Shown in pieces: positions 1-12,759 of a stretch of 64,000 nucleotides of DNA (position 1 is the first letter of the stretch; each line of letters opens with the position of its first letter). The stretch lies in assembly GCF_009914755.1 (NCBI RefSeq), contig NC_060930.1; one strand, 5' to 3'. The translations under genes and the position numbers were made by a program. This DNA comes from the human T2T-CHM13v2.0 reference genome, Homo sapiens. Below the pieces are notes generated by a model. The model was not told the DNA's origin. It made no database searches and was given only the letters and a program-made list of their open reading frames with translations.

Positions 1-1760
1 CAGGATGAGGTGGAGAAACCATCATTAAGATGAATAAAATGGCTATTTCTTTTTGTATTCATTTTCTGCGTTGGAACAAAGTAGTTGGAGGAATGTTGGC
101 AGCTTCACTGAGTGCACATGTAAATGTGTATATGCTAGCCCATCCCTAAACATTTATTAGAACCTGTTATGTCACAGGACCTTGGAGGGAATCACATGAT
201 GTTTGTTCCTCTCACCACTAGGTCAGAGATAAAGCCATGATTGCTCCCATTCTGACAATGTCATTGTAAAAAGAGTGGCTTAGTCATTTCTTTCAATAGA
301 CTCTAGCAGGAGGGACTTCTTCCCTCTTTAATTTATCTCAGTCTTGCATAATATTGACTGCCTAACAGCAGCTGATGTGCTTGACAGTCTCCACTGCTTT
401 ATATTTTAATAAATCAGATAACAAACAACCTTTAATTGGTCAAATTATCAGAGATGTACGTTATTAGTTCAAGTGTATCCATGGGATTTTTCCCCCCAAA
501 TGTCACTGGGATTAAAATAACAGGAAACCGGAGATGGAAGCATTAGAAAGGAGTAGACTTTGGCAGCTGCAGAAGCCTACACTGTGACAGAGGACATCCT
601 GGTTGTAATGCTTATTTAAGAAGATGGGGGAAGGGAAAACAAATATCAGGACTAAATAAACACTACAAAGAGATAGCAACATTAGTATTTTGTCACTTAA
701 TTCTCTGTCCCTAGAAAAATGGCAACTTCTAGGGTTAAAGATCAATAAAAACATTTGCATTTGCATCTTAATGTGTGAATAAAATATCACTTTCATGTAC
801 ACACCTAAGAGGCCATTTAAAATAAAAATTATCTAATAGGGACAATTATGCAAATGTTGAGTGCATTTAAATAAGTATTCTTATAGTTTATGCAAAAATA
901 CTCTTGTAGTTTTGGAAAACCTCTTTTTGCCAGATGGGAACTTGAAGAATTTTTCTGCTGTATCACACAGCTCACGAAGGAAAACATGCTATTTGAGCAT
1001 AAGTTCTTATAAATGCCCTCTATGACTTCCACTGAAGCCACTTCTGGTAAATATTTCAACACCCATTTTCACTTAAGTTGTCAGTCCATTCATTAAAAAT
1101 GGGAAATATGTAGCAAGTACTTTTCTGCTGGAAGACTTCTCAATCTTTCGCACAAGGCTCTATCATGCTTCAATGAAGAACAGTCTATTGGAGAATTCAT
1201 TTCAGTTAAGGAAAAAAATAGTCTCCTGGGGGCTTAAACACAGACTTGCAAAGACCACAAGGGCAAAGCTTTCATTTTCATCAGCTATTGGGTTCAAACT
1301 TAAATTTCTTTTTTAAAAACTAATTTTGATCTATAGACCTGGTTATTTTAGGTTCTAAAATAGGCTAGGCAACAACTGTTTCATTCTCCTGGTTTATGTG
1401 GAACGAAGCCAAACATATGGCAAACTATACGATTACAGAGGAATTTGGATGTATGGGTTCCTCCTCTATGTATCATTTTCAATCCCACCGCCATTGGTCT
1501 ACAGCAGGCAACCAGCTGCTGAGGGTGGTGGGGCAGGAGCCTCCGGGTGCACGTGCACACTCATGCATATGCCTTGGTGGACCCTTAAAATCAGAAGTAG
1601 TTTATATGAGTTGTTTCACAGGAAAAGCTGAAGGGTGAACAAAAGCACTTGATTAGCAGTTTGCTCCTATGTGGCTCAAACATCCGAAAAATATTTTATC
1701 TTCACCCAAGATGCAAATGCCCAGTGAAGTACGTGAAGTGTTATAGGTGCCCCAACTTAC

Positions 1761-1862
1761 CACACAGTATCCTGAGCCGTCCAAACACTCGTTGGAATTG
1801 CCATTACAGTCGCAGGGCACACATTCTCCCGACAGGGTGTGAAAGAATCCAGCATTGCATTT
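1761..1862 (-). CDS. LAMA4: LAMA4 coding exon 3 (102 nt, KCNAGFFHTLSGECVPCDCNGNSNECLDGSGYCV; start of the laminin EGF-like region)
   Basis: Acceptor gtgtctgttgcag|AAATGC at 1863/1862 and donor GTG|gtaagt at 1761/1760. The 34 codons are in frame with exon 2, with the Cys spacing of a laminin LE module. Peptide recognised as human laminin alpha-4 residues 66-99. Confidence 0.97.
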
Positions 1863-3614
1863 CTGCAACAGACACACCAAACCATTTTGATTATTGAAAA
1901 GATTGATTTTGGTCAATATTTTCTGAGAAGAAATCAGAGAAAGTGATTATTAAACAATCTAAACATTTCTAAAATGAATATACTAAATGATACATACAAA
2001 ACATACTAAAATAAACTATTTATACTACCATTCAGTGATAGATGATGTATATATAATCTTCTTTGTTACATAACTTTTTCCCTCCTTTCACTTTTCAGGA
2101 GAACAGAAATGCCTTTAACACTGTCTTATCATTGCAAGGAAGAATAAGAAGGTATTACGTAACAGTAAGGGAGAAAAAAATGCTAATGTTTTCTTCCAGT
2201 ATAAGCAAAACAAAACAAGACCACAATTAAGTATTAGTCAGGGTGAGGTCATGCTCCCTATAAATAAAGAAAGACTTCTCGTTTCAGCAATCACTAGCTA
2301 TAGGAGAGCAACTTAGCTATAGGATAGCAACTGAGTCTTTCATGAACTTCAGTTCTTAAAAGCATCTGTTTCTTCAGATGCTAACATGTTAAAGGGAGGG
2401 ATAAGGAAGTTAATGAGTTCTTACACTTGTCAAGTCCTGTGTGGGTGCTGTTCATATATGTATTTCATTTGTCTTCAGAATGCTGCGAGGAACACATGAC
2501 TTTCCCTTATCCTAGTGATGAGCTCATGAGATTGAGAGGTGCTAAGTGGCTTTTGGGGATGTTAAACTATCCTGTCATGCACCAATTGACCTGCACAATC
2601 ATCAGCTGCCCTCCCCAGATATCATTAGTGTGCCATTTGAGACACATTATGAGATTGTTCCTGGTTTATGTGATTAGGCTGTGGATATGCATTTGATATT
2701 TCTTTGGAATGTCTCAGTGATGAAGGGCAGAAATGGCATTATGGGCCTGGAAATCCGCTCCCCGCCCATCAGACAAGTTTATGTCTAAAGAATTCCAGAC
2801 AGATAAGAATCTGCTTTGTTTCCACAGACTTACAGAGTCCAAGATTTCACATCATACACCCCCATTGACCCATTGTAGTTTGCACTTCCCTGGCGACCAG
2901 GAAATTTTCATTATATCTGGCTGAAGTCCCTCTGATTGCTATGCAAACCTATTTCCCCTTGCTTTTTACTCTGTAAAGAAAGAGTCACTAAACACCATTC
3001 ACAGTATTTAAAAAAAAACACACACATCAGTTCACACTTTAAAACTAAAATTTAATAAACCCCATTTGGAGGAAGTTTAATAAAGAATAACAACATTTGT
3101 CTATGAAAAAAAGGCAAGGAAATTCCACATTTCCAAGTTAGAGAAATAAGGCTAAGAGAAGATCAATTTATAATTTTTTAATGGAGAGTTGTGGTTGATG
3201 GTAAGCTTCTTAGTTTCCACTAGAAAACAAGAGAGGGAAGACACTAAGATTGCAGTAGGAAGCATTTAATTTAGACCATTTAATTTCACATTTTTAGTCT
3301 TTGCCGCAAAGTAAAACATACATGTTTTCATTGTGATGCAGTACACAGATTGGTATCTATATCTATATTGGTGTAGATATGGAGATAGATATAGATATCC
3401 ATATATATGTGTCTCAGAGAAAAGATTCACAAAGTAATAATGTACCTAAAACTTCTCTATTGTATTTAAGAGTATATCCTGGTCATGACCCATAAAATTG
3501 ATCTGATGACCCATGAATGTGTTGCAGTTTTGCATGACTGCAGGGTTTTCTTTATAAGAGTAGTGGGTAAGAGTAGTGACGGTCTTAATATTAGTTATCT
3601 TAGTAGCCTCTTAA

Positions 3615-3815
3615 ATGGTGGTTTCTGAGCTCTCTAAATGACCATATTACAGTCTTCTGGGGAGCTTCTGATTCAGTGAAACCAAAGGATCTGCATTTTA
3701 AAAAATAACTTTTGTGTTTTAGAATAACTTTAGATTTACAGAAAAATTGTGAAGGATCTGCATTTTTAAAAAGCTCCCCAAAGACTCTGATATTTGGCCA
3801 GGTTTGGAAGCATCT
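3615..3815. mobile_element. MER5-like hAT-Charlie relic, interrupted by a tiny L1 fragment
   Basis: ttctgattcagt...atctgcatttttaaaaagctcccca...tctgat...ccaggtttggaagca motifs resemble the MER5 consensus as recalled. Confidence 0.55.
3700..3751 (-). mobile_element. Extremely 5'-truncated old L1 (L1MC-like) 3' end with TSD
   Basis: Reverse complement caatttttctgtaaatctaaagttattctaaaacacaaaagtt resembles L1M 3' termini; flanked by the direct repeat aaggatctgcatttt (3685-3699 and 3752-3766). Confidence 0.7.
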
Positions 3816-5084
3816 CTCACAATGCCTTGTATATATTAATTGCTCAATGAACTCTTGGTGATTTGGGTGGTTTGGACAAGGACAGCAAACTGGAGACATA
3901 TATACTATTGGGAGCCCACAGAATATACTGATAATCCATCCACTGCTCTCTCCTAAGGGTGGATTTCATCTCAACTCTTTGTCAACAGTCCAGCAGCCAG
4001 TGCCTAGGTTGGACAGCATGCAAGATGAAATCTTTGTGATGTGCCAAGTTTAGGAGGAGAGTTCACTGTGAGAGCCTGTCATTATCCACTTACCACTCCC
4101 CAATCTGAGATTATGACCTTGGGTGAAGGATAACTTGGCTCTGATCTCTTATAATGTGGGAGATGGGAAGAAAAGGGAGGTACGAACAGGGCTGTGTTGA
4201 GTCATTTGGCCCCCCGCCGAGAGGGCGAGGAGGGCTGGCAGGGAAACCTGGCACACTACGTTCCTGCTGGGCCTTGTCCACCTGAAAGAATTATATTTTT
4301 CAGTCATCTATCTGGGGGCCCTGGGCATGCCCTGCTAGAGCACATGTCCTGGGTAGCTTGCGTCTGGTGTTGTGGAACTTTGGAGGACTCCCTGGAATGG
4401 AGTTTTTAAGTGGTTCAAGAGAAGTTTGAGTGTACTGAAGGATGAGCTGTTAAAGATTGTTTCCTTTAGGTGGAAATATTTCATCATGGCTCCAGTGAGT
4501 CCTGTTATTTATTTATTTTTACTGAATCTTTCTTTGAAATTTCGAAGGACCTGGCAAAATTGGCCTTTTTGTAATATCAAAAGGCCGATATTTCCAAGTA
4601 TGAAAGTAGAACGATGTATTTTTAGTTTTGCTCCTGGTTAATGTAATCGTTATCCTTAGTAATTCTAACACCTGTGCTATTTAGAGGCCTGTGAAAGCTG
4701 AATGGATTCTCCAAAAATTAGTGTCTATTTTCTTTTGGAAGAGTCTCCACAGTTTACTAAACAAAGATGGTGTTTGTGAATGTCTATGTATGAGAGAGTA
4801 AGAGAGGAAGCCTTCCAATCAATTTTTTGATACCACACTGAATCCTCTTTTCCACATGAGAAGCCTGTCCTATACTAGACAACTGTAAAAACACAATCTT
4901 AGCATTCAGAGGATCTGTACCTTCTGGGGTGCCATGGCCTTTTTAAAAATTGATAGTAATAACAAGGATAATGATGATGATAATTATAATATAGTGGCCA
5001 GCAATGTCATACAACTCCAAGAGTTCAGACTGATCCAAATCTTGTTCTTTCTTTGCTATAACTTGCTGCCCCTCATAAATAAAT

Positions 5085-5340
5085 ACATACCTAAAGTTTA
5101 TTTAATTGAACATGAATATCTACCATGTTTAAGTCACTGTGTCAGTTATGTTGCACAATTCTCTCACTTGACACCACAGTAGCCCTATGAGGTAGGTTCC
5201 CTTGTCTTTGTTTTACTGGTGAGGACTTTGTGACTTACAGAGATGTATTACTGAAGCCGGCTAATACAGATAAGAAATGGTGGACCCAGGATTTAGATCC
5301 TTCATTTTTTCCCTCAAGTTTTAGCTCTTAACCATCTTGC
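5085..5340 (-). mobile_element. MIR relic
   Basis: ctatgaggtagg...ttttactggtgaggact...ggtggacccaggatttagatcc resembles the reverse MIR core. Confidence 0.6.
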
Positions 5341-8300
5341 GTGCCATTAATATATTGAACCAAACATTTCTTGTTGGACATTTAGGTTATTTCCAAATTT
5401 TTGCTGCTATTAACATTTCAAAGCAGGCTGAAATGGATAAAAAATGTAAAATGCCTCCTTTAAATCCCAGAAAAAAATCTTTGCTAATAGACACAATACT
5501 TAAAAATACATAGTTATTAATATATGAAAACCATTGAATGGGATATTGACTTTTAAAAATATTTATTTTAGCCAAATTTTCTCTTTGACCAATTACCTTC
5601 CACTAAGTTACTTGTAGATCTTTTACAGCTCTTTATTATTAAGAGACTCCTATTATCACAGCTTGCCTCCTGCTCTACCATTAAGACTGAATTAATCCAT
5701 ACCATTTACTTCTGCCTTTGAAAAATAAGAGTGAAAATTCCCATTTGCTTACTTTGTTATATTTAGTATGAGGTCTGGCTTGGAGTAAAATCATTGTATG
5801 TGTACTTGCCTAATTTTACATTTATGGAAATGAGAACTAGATGTAACTTTATGAGGAAATGAGTGTGGTGTATCTACATGTGTCAATTACATTTAAAGGA
5901 ACTGGGATGACAGGACATGTTGTTATCACTGCAGAAGGAATTATTTCCAGAGGTTTATCATATGATCATAATATTATTTATTTCATAAGATATAGTTATA
6001 ATGAATTAAGATTGTTTAACAAAGAGGACCAAGTGAATGACCTTTATACGAGTATCTGATTATTTTTGTCTTCATTTGAAGAGCCCCTTGAGAGCACTAG
6101 AGTCATACCAACAATACTGTCATTGGATATAACATTTTAAACATTTTCTAAAAATATTTAAATCACTTTCTTTTGAAGGATAGTCCAGTATGCATGCTTT
6201 GGCTATGGCAAACTTTTAAGTCATTTGCAGTTATTAAATAAAGTGGGTACCAATCTAAGTAACAAAATTTTAGTTAAAAAATTTTCACAAAAATCTCACC
6301 GTTTCCCAAACACTATCACAGAGGAGCTAATTAATTGCCCACAAGCCACTACTTTTGCATAGATACAGAATCTCAGAGAACTTCAGAATTTCTGTTGAGA
6401 AGCCTGATTTATTAAATCACTTACATACTCGAATAGATCTTCTAGGGATCTAAGGTCCCTAATTACCCATTTAAACAAACCAACAATGGCAAAACTTGAT
6501 GGGATTTAGGAAGAGTTTGAAGTTGTCATCGGAGAGTATGAGATAAATTCTGAGGTTTCTGAGTCCCAAAGAGGATCAGACCCAAGTCTCCAGCTCCAGC
6601 GAATGATGAAGAATTAATTATAACAAAATTCCATCAGAAAGAACACACTCTACAGCCCTAGTGTCTATTCTCATAGGAGCTGATTGGAATAGTTATTTGC
6701 ATTGTGTTTCCAACCAAAGATCTACGAACATATGACATATATTGACTCAACTCATCTTCCTTTCTGAATTAGACTTAGAATTTGATTCAACAACTTTTGC
6801 TTCAGTTTATTGAGGCTCCAAATAGAAAGGATAAAAACAAAAACAAACCCAAAATCCCTCTAAATTCATTCACTGGTGTTCAGAATCATTGCTACCATCC
6901 AAATTAGTCTTCTTCAAATTTAACAGCCCACATTACATTATCTTTCTGCTTAGGTTTTTGTATGTATTTGATGAATCCACTTTTCTCTTGTTTCCAGACA
7001 ACAATGATTTTTAGTTCCAGTTTAGTTATAGTGAGTTCCATGTTTTGTTTTAGCAAATAATAAAAGTCAGCTTAAGATAGAATGTTATGCTCAGTTAGGA
7101 GCTAAAACTGTGTGCCCTTACTTAAGAGTCTGTGGTTTCTGCACAATGCTGACTTCCATCTGCCTAAAACTTGGGCAGACTTAAGAATCAGATAGTATTC
7201 AAGGATTTTCTAGTGGAGAAAAACATGATTTAATCTATTCAAAAATTTCCAAAATATTCCACCCTTTTCTAAGGAGGAATGACTTCTGAGAACATATGAA
7301 TATATTAAATGAGTAGGTATTTCACAAGCCATTTTTTTCTGTGTCAGTAAAAATAAAATATGGAATATCTGAAATGGCAAGCAGTTCTGAATTTAAGCTT
7401 TTGCTAACTTTTGGCTCCATATGTTTTTCAGATCAGGCTTAACATGTCCTGATTTTTAGTGCACAAACCTATAAAGTGCCAAAATGAGCTAAATGGATTA
7501 TGTGTTGCAGTTACCAAGAAGTTGGCTTCTTGATTGATTTTACTTGAATCTGAAGACAATTACTCACGCATCCTCCCTTGGGTATCTCTAAGCTCTTGTT
7601 TGCATAATTGAAATTCCCCACATTTTAATAGGCAAAGTTAATTTTTAGATTTTGACAGCGATTTCACCATAACTCAATTAGGAAAGTGGTTTCAACATTC
7701 TTCGGAGGTTTATGCAGTTCAAAGGCATTTTTTTCTTAGGTTGGCATAATAAAGCTAGGCCAAAAACCAAACACAGACTATGGTGCTGGTTTCCCCTACT
7801 TGGCCTAGAGAGTTACCTTTGTGCTTACTGCTCAGGCCCCATATCCGCCATGCCTTGCTCAGCTTACAAAACACTCCAGTTCTCAATTTAACCATCAATA
7901 AAATAGAGACTGTGACTTAGAGCCTGAGGAATTCCAAGGAGCACAGAGCCATCCTAACCACTCTTAAGCCAAGTCCTTTAATTTTGTAAAGAGTGGAGAC
8001 AGGGTTATCACATGTTTACATCACATTTCTGTGGCTACTCCTCAGCACTCTTCATGGGCTTCATGGGTGGAAACCAGTGCTCCACTCACAGCTCTCAAAT
8101 AACAGTCCCTGAACCCTGTTCATCAACTATTTGGACTGTAGATACCAACAGCCTTGGCGTGTGTTGAAGTACTTGCTACGCTTGCTAATAAATAGCCCTC
8201 TTTATTTGTCTAATTGAAACAATAAACTAAGAAAATCCACAGCCCCTACAGCCGTACAGGTTTTCTTTTAGAAATGTTGGGTTTGAGGATGATTGTATTT

Positions 8301-9601
8301 ATTAATACTAATGAACATTTCTTTAATTTGCTTCTTGAAAATTATTTAAAGTAATTGTCAAGTCACTTGTTTATAGTAGAGATTGTTGCTTATATAACAT
8401 AACGAGGCTTCAGTGCTGCCTTTTTTCCTTTGGTTTTTCTAGAAATAAATCTCCTGCTAACATCTGGCTTTCTGCTCTGGGTTCATCTCACATCACCTCC
8501 TGTAACTGGCTTGTTCTTTTCACTCCTCGCCTTCCAAGCTATGGTTACACAACATAGCCTCTGATGCTGCCAGATTTTTTTTTTTACATCTGAAAACTGA
8601 CTCAGTTTTATTTAATTTACTGGGGCAAATGCCTTGGACACATTTCCAAGAAAGGAAGAGATGCGGCACACAAGGGTTAGCAATAAGAATGAGTAGAGAG
8701 AAAGGACTTCAGAATTATAGGCATTTAGGGGATTTTGATTTGACTCCTTAGCTACTTAGAAGGAATCAATGTTGTGAGGTGAAAGACATCTCTGTCATCT
8801 TCATCTGGTTTTTATAAATCACAGCTAATAATTTACTGACAGACACCAAGCACTGAGCTAAGTGCTTTTTATGGATGATCCAGTTTGATCATTACCATTT
8901 AATGACCTACAGTCTTGCAAAAGTCTGCCTAAATTACTTTTCTTTTTATAAGAAGTTTGGAGGATGAACTGTCTATAAATGACAACAGCTTCTCTTCAGT
9001 GTACTCAGGGAAGGCAGTTGGGTTGTTTCATCAGCGTCCATTGCTGGTAGATGACCCTGCTTCTGTCTTGAGGTCCTGTGGGTATTTCAGTGCTATTCTC
9101 ACCCTAGATTTCTCAAGATGCAAGGCACAAAGTGAAAGTGACTGGCAGGACATGTCTTTCCTTCCTTTTGCTCTTCCTCACAGGTTTTTGCATCACTGAA
9201 GAAATGCTATTGTGAATTAATAGGAAAAAATAAATGTATCCCAAACTTCTATTGTACCCTCTTACTCTCAGCAGCTAATCCTGCTTCTTTAGTGAAAACA
9301 CAGAGGCTATTGGGTGGGAAATCTCTTACTGTCTTTTTTTTCTAAATTCCCCTTTGTCTTGACTCATCCTTGTGTCCTCTGCCCATCTCAGAAGCAGTAC
9401 TCTTTTCACTATAGGAAAGAGAAGCCTTCTATCTGTGCTCTGGGATCCACGCATCTCTGGCCATCACACCTGGCCCCATCATCTGGCCTTCCTCTCACAT
9501 ACCATGCACTTTCACATCCACAGGGATGAGGGGAGGCAAAGAGAACACTTAGGTGCTTCAACCTGTGTTGGATGAGCCTTGACATCTTTACCTGGGCTCA
9601 G

Positions 9602-9760
9602 ATCCAAGAATATCCTCCCTCCCCTTTATTATCCTCCAAGAATATCCTCCCTCCCCTTTATTATCCAAGAATATCCTCCCTCCCTTTTATACATATATCC
9701 CTCCCTTGGGTATATATCCAAGAATATCCTCCCTCCCCTTTATTGTCTGCCTCCCCTTTA
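9602..9760. repeat. Minisatellite, ~29-32-bp unit atccaagaatatcctccctcccctttatt, 4 near-complete copies plus partials
   Basis: Copies start at about 9602, 9631, 9663 and 9716. Confidence 0.9.
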
Positions 9761-9824
9761 TTTCCTTCTTCTTGTCCAGCAGATCTTGAGTGAGAACTTA
9801 ATCGCACTGGCTCTGCTTCCTTCA

Positions 9825-10228
<404 letters not shown>

Positions 10229-11399
10229 GCAAACATTTTTGAAATTTCTTCCCTCCTTGAAGTTCTCTCTTCTCCTGATTTCCAGGACAACTCTTTCTTC
10301 TGGCTTTTCCCCTGCCTACCTTTCTTTCTCAGTTTTTTTTTTTTTTAATTTAATTTTTTTTTGGCAGGGGACGGGGAAGGGGCAGAAGCAAGTGGTTCAT
10401 CTTCTGCTGCTTCTACATTGCTGGTGTTCTCCAGGGTAACCTCCTTAGCCCTCTTTTCTATCTATACACTTTTATGTATGGATGAAATTTGTGGATGATG
10501 TTAATCCCTCCCCCAATTTTATCCTCCAGCTATATTTTGGTAATTCCTAAGTCTCTCTACATATCCCTGATCTTAGTTTTTTATGCCACCCCCTTGTTTC
10601 TAAGTGCTTGTTAGACAAGCCCATCTCCAATTTTATAGGCACCTGAAGTTGAGTGTGTCCCACACTGACTTTATCATAGCCTCTCCCAAATCTCTTTTTC
10701 TCCTTATATTATGTTTATATTATGTCTCAGTTAAAGATAAAGAATATATAACATAAAAAGAAAAGGTAATGGGCTAACACTTTTAAATTACATTAATGTA
10801 TTTTGCATTAAAGTAATTTTTGGAAATACTTCCAGAAGAGGGAATTCCTCAAGGATCAGAGGATGGTTTGCACATAGAATGACACAATGTAAGCACTCAA
10901 GTTATCTTACCTTTCAGAGTCACTGTGCTATTATCGTTTATTTCGAATCTGAGGTTTAAATGCAGATATATGAAGTACCACAGAGATTAGAGTCTCAAGT
11001 GAGATTGACCTTACACAGTTCTGAACTGTTATAAACTTACTCTCTAAACTGATACCCCTACCTATGCTGGGGTGGGCTGTAGGACTAGGAGTTCTCCAAA
11101 TGTAGTAAACAATGTTTACTAAAGGTTAAGAAATTGGAATGTGCTAATTTGAAGTTTACATATTTGTTATATTATCAAAACTCAACAGTAACCACAGCAA
11201 CTGCTTAGACCTTAAACAACAAAAGAGTTCTCAGGGAGGATAATTTTGTCATTGACATTGTTTAGAATTGCTGGCACATGGTGATAATAAAAAGCAGACT
11301 GAGTTTTAGTAAGTTTTATTGTTGTTTTTAAATTCTCTACACATAATGCATGCCCTTGCGTCCTCCTGGGTTAGGCTGTTCCTACCTCCTGCCTCCCTT

Positions 11400-12125
11400 T
11401 GTAGGCTGCTGCCTTGTAGAGTTTATGCTCTGCCTCTGAAATACTACCAAGGAGATTCTTCCTCCTTGTTCCCAATACCACTATTTAGTTCAGGATCTTG
11501 GTGTTTCTCTCTCGGATAATTATAATTCTCTCCACTCTACTCTCTCCATCACCAGAAGTTCTTCCTTCCAGTTCATTCTTCATTACCAGAATTAATTAAA
11601 AACTCTTATCGTACTACTTTTCTACTTTGAACCTCTCAGTGGCTCTTCATTCATTACCTACATGAATATGTAAAATTCCTTAGCATGACATACAAGGATC
11701 CAACCTTAAACTATTTCTTTAGGATCAACCTTGGCTCCCTCTGCTCTAATGCAATCACATACCCCACAACCCTCATGAATATCATGCTTTGGCCCGCCTT
11801 GCCTTTGCATATACTATTACATACGCTACAGAGGCCTGGGATGTCTTTCCCTACTTCATCTCACCTGGGAACTATTTCCCTAGACTTTCAGACTCAGTCA
11901 CTCACATGGCACCTTGCACAGACTTCATCAGAGCACACGGAACATGACATTATAAATTTTAATTTATACTCTTGCCTCCCTGAAATCACTGTGAACTCCT
12001 TCAGAACAGGGATAGTGTCTTACTCATTTTTGTGTCCTCATCACCTATCATAGTCATTCGCAAATAGCAAGTCAATGCCAAAAATATGCTAGCAGAAAAA
12101 TGGGTTTGAATTGGTAAAGAATGAG
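11400..12125 (+). mobile_element. L2 3' relic
   Basis: Degenerate L2 3' motifs (tgtgaactccttcagaacagggatagtgtcttactcatttttgtgtcctca...). Confidence 0.55.
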
Positions 12126-12433
12126 GCAAGTGAGGGCAAATTGTGCCAACACTTTGGAGAGCAATTAGGCAAATTTCACAAGTGAAGATATCTCTAACTA
12201 CAAATGAATCTTTTAAATACAATATTGAGGAAAAAGTCAGTTGCAAAGGAGAAACAGTATGATGTTTATACTGTATTTTAAAACATGCAAAATAATATGA
12301 TGTAATAATATATTGTGTAGGGATACACATATATAAAGAAAAGTATGAAGAAAGAAATAGGAATCTGAGAAATCAGGCCAGTTAAGGGTAAAGGAGTGGG
12401 GATGAGACTGAGAAAGAGTCTCAGGGCTTCGAC

Positions 12434-12437
12434 TATT

Positions 12438-12476
<39 letters not shown>

Positions 12477-12759
12477 TATTGAGACGGAGTCTCGCTCTGT
12501 TGCCCAGGCTGGAGTGCAGTGGCATGATCTCAGCTCACCGCAACCTCTGCCTTCCAGATTCAAGCAATTGTCTGTCTCAGCCTCCTGAGTAGCTGGGATT
12601 ACAGGCACCTGCCACCATGCCAGGCTAATTTTTGTATTTTTAGTAGAGACAGAGTTTCACCATCTTGGCCAGGCTGGTCTTGAACTCCTGACCTCGTGAT
12701 CCACCCGCCTCGGCCTCCCAAAGTGCTGGGATTACAGGGGTGAACCACCGTGCCCCGCC
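12434..12759 (-). mobile_element. Alu (AluS-type) with (TTTA)n tail
   Basis: Reverse Alu body; TSD-like gactatttta/gactatgtta. Confidence 0.95.

Noticed and set aside
1653-1916. 87-aa ORF as a stand-alone gene
   Set aside because: Only 1761-1862 is bounded by splice sites and laminin-like; the flanks are intronic read-through.
3350-3410. ATCTAT/ATAGAT inverted repeat
   Set aside because: Low-complexity AT-rich simple repeat; self-complementarity is expected by composition.
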